Positions 55,783 through 62,151 of a DNA stretch of 64,000 bases are shown here, piece after piece (positions within the stretch are counted from its first letter, which is position 1; each line of letters opens with the position of its first letter). The position numbers and the translations under genes are program-made. Origin of the DNA: Patescibacteria group bacterium (GTDB lineage: Bacteria > Patescibacteriota > Minisyncoccia > Minisyncoccales > GWA2-38-27); NCBI GenBank assembly GCA_020148045.1, contig JAHCRG010000004.1:576-64575 (forward strand), written 5' to 3'. The notes below the pieces were generated by a model. The model did no database searches and had not been told where the DNA came from. It saw only the letters and a list, made by a program, of their open reading frames with translations.

Positions 55783-56280
55783 TTAATCTTCTATTCTGAA
55801 CGCTTTAGCAATTTCGGCTGCTCGGTTTGGCACTGCTTGAGCAATTTGGGCCGCTTGGCTTGGCACTGCTTTAGCAATTTCGACCGCCCGGTCTGGCATT
55901 ACTTGAGCAATTTTGGCCGCATAGCCTGGCATTACTTGAGCAATTTCGACCGCCCGGTCTGGCATTGCTTGAGCAATTTCGGCCGCATAGCCTGACATTG
56001 CTTGAGCAATTTTGGTCGCATAGCCTGGCACTGCTTCAGCAATTTTGACCGTTTGGTCTGGCACTGTTTGAGCAATTTCGACCGCCCGGTCTGGCATTGC
56101 TTTAGCAATTTCGACCGCCCGGTCTGGCATTGCTTTAGCAATTTCGGCCGCCCGGTGTGGCACTACTTTAGCAATTTTGGCCGCCCGGTGTGGCATTTTT
56201 TGAGCAATAACAACTGCCCGAAGTTCGTTTGCCCAAGCTGCTACTTCACAATTCTGTTCATTGATTTCAGACATTTTCAT
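55783..56280 (-). CDS. Ala-rich protein built from 12-13 tandem 11-residue Pro-punctuated repeats (consensus A-[AV]-E/K-I-A-K/Q-A-M/V-P-D/G-R/Y)
   Basis: A 165-aa ORF with its own consensus promoter (56331-56359), SD-like AAAGGGA, and terminator (55735-55760). Repeats read AVVIAQKMPHR AAKIAKVVPHR AAEIAKAMPDR AVEIAKAMPDR AVEIAQTVPDQ TVKIAEAVPGY ATKIAQAMSGY AAEIAQAMPDR AVEIAQVMPGY AAKIAQVMPDR AVEIAKAVPSQ AAQIAQAVPNR AAEIAKAF. Confidence 0.6.
   Translation of the reverse strand: MKMSEINEQNCEVAAWANELRAVVIAQKMPHRAAKIAKVVPHRAAEIAKAMPDRAVEIAKAMPDRAVEIAQTVPDQTVKIAEAVPGYATKIAQAMSGYAAEIAQAMPDRAVEIAQVMPGYAAKIAQVMPDRAVEIAKAVPSQAAQIAQAVPNRAAEIAKAFRIED
55808..56236. repeat. 33-nt tandem repeat array, 12 good units plus a degenerate 13th
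   Basis: Units start at 55808, 55841, 55874 ... 56171, 56204. Each opens with GCAATTT(C/T/G)G. The units at 56072 and 56105 are identical. The unit has no stop codon in any of the six frames. Confidence 0.95.
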
Positions 56281-56330
56281 TTTTGTTCCCTTTCAGCACT
56301 GTTAGTTTTCACTTTTTAAACAACACCTAT

Positions 56331-56359
56331 ATTATATACCCATAATTTAAATATGTCAA
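56331..56359 (-). promoter_or_regulatory. Full-consensus sigma70 promoter for the repeat gene
   Basis: On the minus strand: TTGACA (56359-56354), 17 nt, TATAAT (56336-56331). Confidence 0.65.
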
Positions 56360-56382
56360 GGTTTTCGGGTTTTTCTCTAAAC

Positions 56383-56422
56383 AAAAAGGAGGCAATCGCC
56401 AATGAATTGCGTCCTCCTTTTT
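56383..56422 (-). terminator. Terminator following rnpB
   Basis: AAAAAGGAGG(CAAT)...(ATTG)..CCTCCTTTTT hairpin directly 3' of the RNase P RNA on the minus strand, followed by a T run. Confidence 0.65.
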
Positions 56423-56425
56423 GTT

Positions 56426-56711
56426 GTCTTAGCAAGATTGTAAGCCGAATTCTGTTTTATGTGACCATCTATCTAAGCGAACTACTTTTTCCAAAAAATT
56501 GAGTCAAATTCCCGATTTTTTGGTTTGTTCTTGCACCCAGCAAGGATTTAGCCGTTTCACCCCCCGCCTGGGGCGGGGACTCGTCTCTGTTCGCACCTCT
56601 ATCTACCTACGGTAGACGGTAGCCTTATTAGGAACTACTGCTTTTGAAATGGGTGTCCGGACTTTCCTCCCTCCCGCTAAGCGGGAGAGCGATCACTCAT
56701 CTTGCTAAGAC
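56426..56711 (-). ncRNA. rnpB: RNase P RNA (bacterial type A-like, compact, about 286 nt)
   Basis: The minus strand reads GTCTTAGCAAG...GGGAGGGAGGAAAGTCCGGACACC (P4 5' strand GAGGAAAGUCCGG) ... ACAGAATTCGGCTTACA (P4 3' strand) ...CTTGCTAAGAC. The 11-nt termini pair as P1. A promoter is placed so that +1 falls on the P1 G. Confidence 0.85.
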
Positions 56712-56717
56712 ACTTAT

Positions 56718-56746
56718 ATTTTACCAAACCCAAGCCCCTTTGTCAA
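56718..56746 (-). promoter_or_regulatory. Promoter of rnpB
   Basis: On the minus strand: TTGACA (56746-56741), 17 nt, TAAAAT (56723-56718). There are 6 nt to the first P1 nucleotide at 56711. Confidence 0.6.
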
Positions 56747-56764
56747 GTGCAAGTTTATTATAAG

Positions 56765-56793
56765 TTGAAAAATCAAGGGAAAAATAGTAAGAT
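56765..56793 (+). promoter_or_regulatory. Promoter candidate predicting a leaderless mRNA for the 56800 gene
   Basis: TTGAAA (56765-56770), 17 nt, TAAGAT (56788-56793). The ATG at 56800 is 7 nt after the -10. Confidence 0.3.
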
Positions 56794-56799
56794 TAAACT

Positions 56800-57447
56800 A
56801 TGGAGTATAATAGATATCCAATAAAGACGCACTTTATTACAACATCGGATAATTTATATAGTATTATTTCTAAATATGTTCTGCCTGTTGCTGAAAAGAA
56901 CGATATCATTGTTTTATGCCAAAAAATTGTTTCAATTATTCAGGGCAGAGTAGTTCAGAAATCAGATGTTAAAGTTGGGTTTTGGGCAAGGTTTCTTTCA
57001 AAATTTGCCAAAAAGACACCCTATGGTTTTTCAGTAGGAAATCCTTTGAAAATGCAGGTAGCTATTAATTTAGCAGGTCTGCCAAGAATTTTATTTGCTT
57101 GTTTCTGCAGCGGTGTGGCTAAAATTTTTGGAATTTCTGGAACTTTTTATCGAGTAGCTGGCAATCAGATTAATCAAATAGATGGTTTTTATGGCGAGGC
57201 ATTTCCTCAATATGCTAAAATAGGAATATTAGGGCCAAGAGATTGTGATAAGCTTTGCGACCAACTAAGAAATAAATTTGGCTTTCCATTTGCCGTAGCG
57301 GATGTAAATGATTTGGGTAGAAATCTTTTGGGGAAAAGCCAAGATTTAAAAGGCAAAGAAAAATTAATCTTAGAAATCTTAAAAGACAACCCGGCTGGCC
57401 AATCTAATCAACAAACCCCAATTGTAATTTTGCGGAGATATGTATAA
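56800..57447 (+). CDS. CofE-like (F420-0:gamma-glutamyl ligase family fold) protein
   Basis: IKTHFITTSDNLYSII...EKNDIIVLCQKIVSIIQGRVV resembles the N-terminal block of the F420_ligase family. Confidence 0.45.
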   Translation: MEYNRYPIKTHFITTSDNLYSIISKYVLPVAEKNDIIVLCQKIVSIIQGRVVQKSDVKVGFWARFLSKFAKKTPYGFSVGNPLKMQVAINLAGLPRILFACFCSGVAKIFGISGTFYRVAGNQINQIDGFYGEAFPQYAKIGILGPRDCDKLCDQLRNKFGFPFAVADVNDLGRNLLGKSQDLKGKEKLILEILKDNPAGQSNQQTPIVILRRYV

Positions 57448-59074
57448 TCACATTTTTAATTCTAAAACAAAGACGATTGCTTCTGCTGCTGGGATTTTGG
57501 CAGCAGCGTCTTTGATTAGCGGTCTTTTAGGTCTTTTTAGAGACCGCCTTTTAGCCGGCAGTTTTGGAGCAGGAGATGAACTTGATATTTATTATGCTGC
57601 TTTTAGAATACCCGATTTTATTTCTACGGTTCTTATCATGGGAGCTATTTCAGCTGCTATAATACCTATTTTTAGTGAGTATTTAGTTCGTTCCCATGAG
57701 CAAGCATGGAGATTCTTTTCTAATCTTGTAAACCTCTTTTTTATTTCTTTAATTGTAATAGCTGCTGTTTTAATTATTTTTGTCCCTCAAATTCTTTCTA
57801 TAATTGTTCCTGGATTTATTGGAGATAAAAAAGAGTCAGCTGTTTTGCTAACCCGAATTATGTTTTTAAGCCCGATTCTTCTTGGGATAAGCAATATTAT
57901 TTCCGGTATTCTGCGCGTGTTTAAAAGATTTCTTGTTACTTCTTTAGCCCCTATTATGTATAATCTTGGAATTATTTTCGGAATTATGTTTTTTGTTCCT
58001 TTGATGGGATTAAAAGGGCTTGCCTGGGGAGTTGTATTTGGAGCTTTTCTTCATCTTTTTGTTCAGATTCCTATTCTTTTGAAAGTTGGATTCAGGCCTA
58101 AAAAAGTTTTAAACTTTTCTGAACCCGGTTTTCTTAGGGCTGTAAAATTAACTATTCCTAGAGCTATTGGCTTGGCTGCGGGCCAGATTAATTTAATAGT
58201 AATTACTGCTATTGGCTCTACTTTGGCAGCGGGAAGCATTGCGGTGTTTAACTTAGCAAATAATCTTCAGAAGCTTCCAATAACCCTTATTGCTATTTCT
58301 TTTTCTACTGCTGCTTTTCCATTTTTAGCATTATATTTTTCTAAGAAAGATAAAGAAAAACTTATTCAAGGGTTTTCTTCTGTTTTCAGACAGATTCTTT
58401 TTTTAATTGTACCTGTTAGTATTTTGATATTTATTTTAAGAGCTCAGATTGTTAGAGTAATTTTAGGAACAGGGAAATTCGGCTGGGCTGATACTCAACT
58501 TACTGCTGCCTGTTTGGGCATTTTTAGTTTTGTTATTTTTGCTTATGGACTCGTGCTTTTAATTTCTAAAACTTTTTATGCTTTTCAAAATACTAAAATA
58601 CCTGCCTTAGTAACTTTATTTACAGTAGGATTAAATATTGTTTTATGTTATTTCTTTGTCTGGGTTTTAGGGTTTGAAAATGCTTTTCAAAGGTTTTTAA
58701 TAACTTTTCTTGACCTTCAGGGAATCAAAGAGAATTCAGTTATTGGCCTTCCTTTAGCTTTAGCTGTTTCAGGAATATTTCAGATAAGTTTGCTTTTGAT
58801 GCTTCTGTATAAGAAAATAGGGGATTTTAGAATAAAAGAGATATTTGAATCTTGCGTTAAGATTTTAGCTTCAGGTGTTTTATTGGGTTTTGCTTGTTAT
58901 TTTGTTCGTCAAACTGTAGCTGAATTTGTTGATATGCAAACCTTCTGGGGGATTTTCTCACAAGCTGCGATATCCGGCTTGGCTGGAATTCTCGTTTATT
59001 TCTTAGCCGCTCTCCTTTTGAAATCACCAGAGATTAAGACAATTAGATTTTCAATTTTGAAAAAGTTTTCTTAG
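57440..59074 (+). CDS. murJ: Lipid II flippase MurJ (MviN family)
   Basis: 544 aa with about 14 TM segments. The N-terminal GLLGLFRDRLLAGSFGAG.ELD.YYAAFRIPDF block is typical of MurJ. Confidence 0.85.
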   Translation: MYNHIFNSKTKTIASAAGILAAASLISGLLGLFRDRLLAGSFGAGDELDIYYAAFRIPDFISTVLIMGAISAAIIPIFSEYLVRSHEQAWRFFSNLVNLFFISLIVIAAVLIIFVPQILSIIVPGFIGDKKESAVLLTRIMFLSPILLGISNIISGILRVFKRFLVTSLAPIMYNLGIIFGIMFFVPLMGLKGLAWGVVFGAFLHLFVQIPILLKVGFRPKKVLNFSEPGFLRAVKLTIPRAIGLAAGQINLIVITAIGSTLAAGSIAVFNLANNLQKLPITLIAISFSTAAFPFLALYFSKKDKEKLIQGFSSVFRQILFLIVPVSILIFILRAQIVRVILGTGKFGWADTQLTAACLGIFSFVIFAYGLVLLISKTFYAFQNTKIPALVTLFTVGLNIVLCYFFVWVLGFENAFQRFLITFLDLQGIKENSVIGLPLALAVSGIFQISLLLMLLYKKIGDFRIKEIFESCVKILASGVLLGFACYFVRQTVAEFVDMQTFWGIFSQAAISGLAGILVYFLAALLLKSPEIKTIRFSILKKFS

Positions 59075-59090
59075 AGTATTCCAAAATATC

Positions 59091-59130
59091 AACGAGGACG
59101 GGTTTCGTTGCAACGAGACCCGTCCTCGTT
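59091..59130. terminator. Long near-perfect hairpin (bidirectional terminator candidate)
   Basis: AACGAGGACGGGTTTCGTTG / CAACGAGACCCGTCCTCGTT, about 19 bp with one G-U pair. T-rich on the + side. Confidence 0.7.
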
Positions 59131-59173
59131 TAATAAATTGAAAATATTGAAAAAATTTGTTAGGATAAAGAAG

Positions 59174-59278
59174 TTAACGGAACAGAGGAGCTAAGGCAAG
59201 AAAAACCATACTTAAAACAACCAGAGAAATTAAGGTAATCCAGATTATTTTAAAAATTGTTTTAGGTTTAAGTGACAT
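59174..59278 (-). CDS. Possible 34-aa single-TM small protein
   Basis: Minus-strand ORF MSLKPKTIFKIIWITLISLVVLSMVFLALAPLFR, below the track cutoff. No SD is seen. It ends next to the bidirectional hairpin. Confidence 0.25.
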   Translation of the reverse strand: MSLKPKTIFKIIWITLISLVVLSMVFLALAPLFR

Positions 59279-59284
59279 TAATCT

Positions 59285-59680
59285 ATGATAGCAAAGTTTA
59301 GAAAAAAGAAAAAGCTAAGTTCTTGGAAAAATATATTTTTTTCAATATTGTTTGGAGTGTTATTTTTGCTGGTTATAGGATTTTTAATTGTTACAAATTT
59401 GAAGACTAACCAGCGGAGAGCTCAACTTACTACAAGAATCACAAGTTTAAAAGGAGAAATTGAGGTTTTAGAACAAAAAAACCAAGAGTTAAAAGAAAAC
59501 ATTTCTCAGGCAGGAAGTAAGGAATCTTTGGAAAGAGCAGCTCTAGAACAACTTGGTTTAAAGCCTTCTGGTACGGAGGTAGTGGTTATTACTAAAGAAA
59601 AAGAGGGAGAAAAAGAAGAAGTTAAAGAGGAAGAAAAAACCTGGTGGGAGAAATTCAAAAGTATTTGGAAGCGGGATTAG
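59285..59680 (+). CDS. FtsB/DivIC-like septum formation initiator (TM plus coiled coil)
   Basis: A basic N-terminus, one TM (IFFSILFGVLFLLVIGFLIV), then the leucine-zipper-like LKGEIEVLEQKNQELKENI. Confidence 0.5.
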   Translation: MIAKFRKKKKLSSWKNIFFSILFGVLFLLVIGFLIVTNLKTNQRRAQLTTRITSLKGEIEVLEQKNQELKENISQAGSKESLERAALEQLGLKPSGTEVVVITKEKEGEKEEVKEEEKTWWEKFKSIWKRD

Positions 59681-59741
59681 TATAGTGGTAGTACGTAACC
59701 TTCCCAAGGTTGAAGCGCCGGTTCAATCCCGGTATCCCGCT
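59671..59741 (+). tRNA. tRNA-Gly (anticodon CCC)
   Basis: The cloverleaf folds by hand: acceptor GCGGGAT/ATCCCGC, D arm GTAT/GTAC, anticodon arm TAACC-TTCCCAA-GGTTG, and T arm GCCGG-TTCAATC-CCGGT. No encoded CCA. Confidence 0.85.
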
Positions 59742-59748
59742 CAATTAT

Positions 59749-59820
59749 GCCAGAGTAGCTCAGTGGAAGAGCAGGGCTTTCGTAAAGCTCAGGTCGTCGG
59801 TCCGAATCCGACCTCTGGCT
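59749..59820 (+). tRNA. tRNA-Thr (anticodon CGT)
   Basis: Acceptor GCCAGAG/CTCTGGC, D arm GCTC-AGTGGAA-GAGC, anticodon arm GGGCT-TTCGTAA-AGCTC, and T arm GTCGG-TCCGAAT-CCGAC. No encoded CCA. Confidence 0.85.
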
Positions 59821-59833
59821 CTTTTTATTTTCA

Positions 59834-59862
59834 TTGACAAATTTAGAGGATAGGTGTATAAT
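59834..59862 (+). promoter_or_regulatory. Full-consensus sigma70 promoter
   Basis: TTGACA (59834-59839), 17 nt, TATAAT (59857-59862). Confidence 0.6.
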
Positions 59863-59927
59863 GCAAGTATTGTAGTTTTACAAAAGAATAAAGAAAGAAA
59901 TGATTGAAAAATATAAGGAGAGACAGA

Positions 59928-59999
59928 ATGTTAGAAAAAACAAAAAAAAGATGGACAAGGTGGCTTGTTGGAATAGTGGTATACAGTTTGATCTTTTGA
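59928..59999 (+). CDS. Small ORF with good SD (23 codons to TGA; the frame stays open for 30 more hydrophobic codons to TAA at 60090-60092)
   Basis: AAGGAGAGACAGA precedes the ATG. Reads MLEKTKKRWTRWLVGIVVYSLIF-TGA-VLHFALPGSSKILLLITLPMGVAIGIFAFR-TAA. Confidence 0.3.
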   Translation: MLEKTKKRWTRWLVGIVVYSLIF

Positions 60000-60126
60000 G
60001 TCCTTCATTTTGCACTTCCTGGTTCTTCAAAGATATTGCTTCTGATAACGCTTCCGATGGGAGTTGCTATAGGAATCTTCGCGTTTAGATAAGAAACAAT
60101 ATAAAAATTCAAGAAAGGAGATTGTT

Positions 60127-60291
60127 ATGTATAGACTTATATTTGGGATGATCCTTCTCTTTTCAGCTGTTGGTGTTGCTGCTACGGGAAATGAGGTTGG
60201 AAGATGTTTGCTTGTTGCGCTACTTGCAGCAGTCGGTACCGCTTTTGTCCCCGGACAAATACTGATTATTTTTAAGACAAAGCACGATTAA
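60127..60291 (+). CDS. 54-aa two-TM small membrane protein
   Basis: AAAGGAGATTGTT precedes the ATG. Reads MYRLIFGMILLFSAVGVAATGNEVGRCLLVALLAAVGTAFVPGQILIIFKTKHD. Below the track length cutoff. Confidence 0.45.
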   Translation: MYRLIFGMILLFSAVGVAATGNEVGRCLLVALLAAVGTAFVPGQILIIFKTKHD

Positions 60292-60404
60292 TTTTCAAAA
60301 AGCTCTCTTGGACCAGCAAAGTTCAATAGGGCTGTTTTTTTGATTTTTTTGGGGAAGTGTGGTAAATTAGAGTAAATAATACCATCATTTGATGGATTGG
60401 TAAT

Positions 60405-61452
60405 ATGGAAAAATCTGAGGTTAAAATTGAAGAATTAGAGAAGCGACTCCATCATTTGATGGACGGGCTTTGACATTGAAAATAAGGAGAAAAGATTAAA
60501 AGAACTTGAAAAAGAAGCCCAGAAGCCTGATTTTTGGAAAAATAAAGAGAAAGCTATTGAAATTAATCAGGAGATTGCTAATTTAAAAGAAGAAATTGAG
60601 AGAATAAGAAATCTTGAAAAGAAAATTCAACAAGGGGAGAGTCAGAATTTAGCAGAAGAAATAAAAAAAGAAGAAATTAAAGTTTTTCTCTCTGGGAAAT
60701 ACGACAGAAATAATGCTATTTTAGAGCTCTTTGCTGGAGCTGGTGGAATAGATGCCCAGGATTGGACAACAATGCTTATCAGAATGTTTGAGCGGTATTG
60801 CGAAAGAAAAGGATTTCAGGTAAAAATTATCCATCAGTCCTTTGGTGAAGCAGGGGGACCGGAAGGAAGAATTGGAACCAAATCAGCAACTCTGGAAATT
60901 AGAGGGAATTATGCTTATGGGTTTTTGAAAAAAGAAACAGGCGTTCATCGATTAGTTCGACAATCTCCTTTCTCTGCTAAAAAACTCCGTCATACTTCTT
61001 TCGCTTTGATTGAGGTTTTGCCTGAAATAGGGAAAAAAGAACAAGGAGAAATTAAAATAAAAGACGAAGATTTAAGATTAGATACATTTAGAGCTTCAGG
61101 TCCGGGTGGGCAATATGTAAATAAAAAAGAATCAGCTGTAAGGATTACCCATATTCCTACAGGAATTGCTGTTTCTTCACAATCAGAAAGATTGCAGGGT
61201 CTAAACAGAGCAGAAGCAATGAAAATTCTCTATGCTAAACTTTATCAGTTAAAAGAAAAAGAACGCAAGGAAGAATTGAAAGAAATTAAAGGCAAGGCGG
61301 TCTCTGCCGGCTGGGGAAACCAAATCAGGTCCTATGTCCTACATCCTTATAAGTTAGTTAAAGACCTTAGAACCGGCGTGGAGAATTCAAATGTAGAAGA
61401 GGTTTTAGATGGAAATCTGGATCAATTCATTGAAGCTGAGTTGAAAATATAA
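60405..61452 (+). CDS. prfB: Peptide chain release factor 2, with programmed +1 frameshift at CTT TGA C (60468-60474)
   Basis: Frame 0 runs from ATG 60405 to the in-frame TGA at 60471. The +1 frame continues into track ORF 60772..61452, which carries SPF (QSPFSA) and GGQ (SGPGGQYVNK). The CUU UGA C slippery site is as in E. coli prfB. Confidence 0.9.
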
Positions 61453-62147
61453 TGTTATCAATACAAAACATCACAAAAACTTATCCTTCTCGTTCTGGCA
61501 ATAATCCAACAGTTGCTTTGGATAATGTTTCTTTTAAAATAGACGGAAAAGAATTTGTTTCTATTGTTGGAAAATCAGGAGCCGGTAAGACAACCTTACT
61601 TAAACTGATTTTAGCTGAAGAAAAACCAACTCAGGGCCAGATTTTTTTTGACGGCCAGGATATCCATGAAATAAAAAAACCTCAGCTTCCCCAATTAAGA
61701 CAGAGGATTGGCACGGTTTTTCAGGACTATAAATTATTTCCTTCAAAAACAACTTATGAAAATATCGCTTATGTAATGGAGGTAATGGGAGCGGCCGAGA
61801 AAGAGATTCAAAGAGACGTGCCTCAAGTTTTAGAGCTCGTCGGGTTGATAGACAGGGCTGATAATTTTCCCAACGAACTTTCTGGAGGCGAGAAGCAAAG
61901 AGTAGCTATTGCCAGAGCCCTTATTCATCGTCCAGATGTTATTTTAGCTGATGAGCCGACCGGTAATCTTGATCCCTATCATACCTTTGATATAATCCGG
62001 CTTTTGGTAAAAATCTATGAGCTTGGAACCACTGTTGTTTTATCTACCCATGATAAAGGGGTAATCAATTCTCTGGGGAAACGAGTAATTACCTTAGATC
62101 AGGGAAAAGTAGTTAGGGACGAAGAGCGCGGCCGCTTCATTTTGTAA
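61452..62147 (+). CDS. ftsE: Cell division ABC ATPase FtsE
   Basis: GKSGAGKTTLLK, LSGGEKQRVAIARAL, ILADEPTGNLD. Followed by ftsX. Confidence 0.85.
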   Translation: MLSIQNITKTYPSRSGNNPTVALDNVSFKIDGKEFVSIVGKSGAGKTTLLKLILAEEKPTQGQIFFDGQDIHEIKKPQLPQLRQRIGTVFQDYKLFPSKTTYENIAYVMEVMGAAEKEIQRDVPQVLELVGLIDRADNFPNELSGGEKQRVAIARALIHRPDVILADEPTGNLDPYHTFDIIRLLVKIYELGTTVVLSTHDKGVINSLGKRVITLDQGKVVRDEERGRFIL

Positions 62148-62151
62148 AATT

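Noticed and set aside
55808-56236. 33-nt direct repeats as a possible CRISPR array
   Set aside because: The units are directly abutting with no spacers. There are no cas genes. The array forms an in-frame protein repeat with its own promoter, SD and terminator.
55747-56319. Plus-strand track ORFs 55747..55995 and 56002..56319, and minus-strand ORF 55932..56141
   Set aside because: They are open only because the 33-nt unit lacks stops in all six frames. They have W/H/C- or Q/K/C-rich low-plausibility sequences and no promoter or SD. They are fully nested in the better-supported 55783..56280 minus-strand gene.
59900-60088. Track ORF 59900..60088 (62 aa) as a real gene
   Set aside because: It has no SD and an odd composition. 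It overlaps two SD-led frames that encode coherent TM helices. It is kept only as an unresolved alternative.
60468-60474. Alternative genetic code (UGA as sense, as in some candidate phyla)
   Set aside because: TGA terminates many well-delimited genes here (for example pseB and the epimerase at 35420). An RF2 gene with the classical UGA autoregulatory frameshift is present, so code 11 is assumed. The in-frame TGA at 59997 is therefore treated as an oddity and not as recoding.
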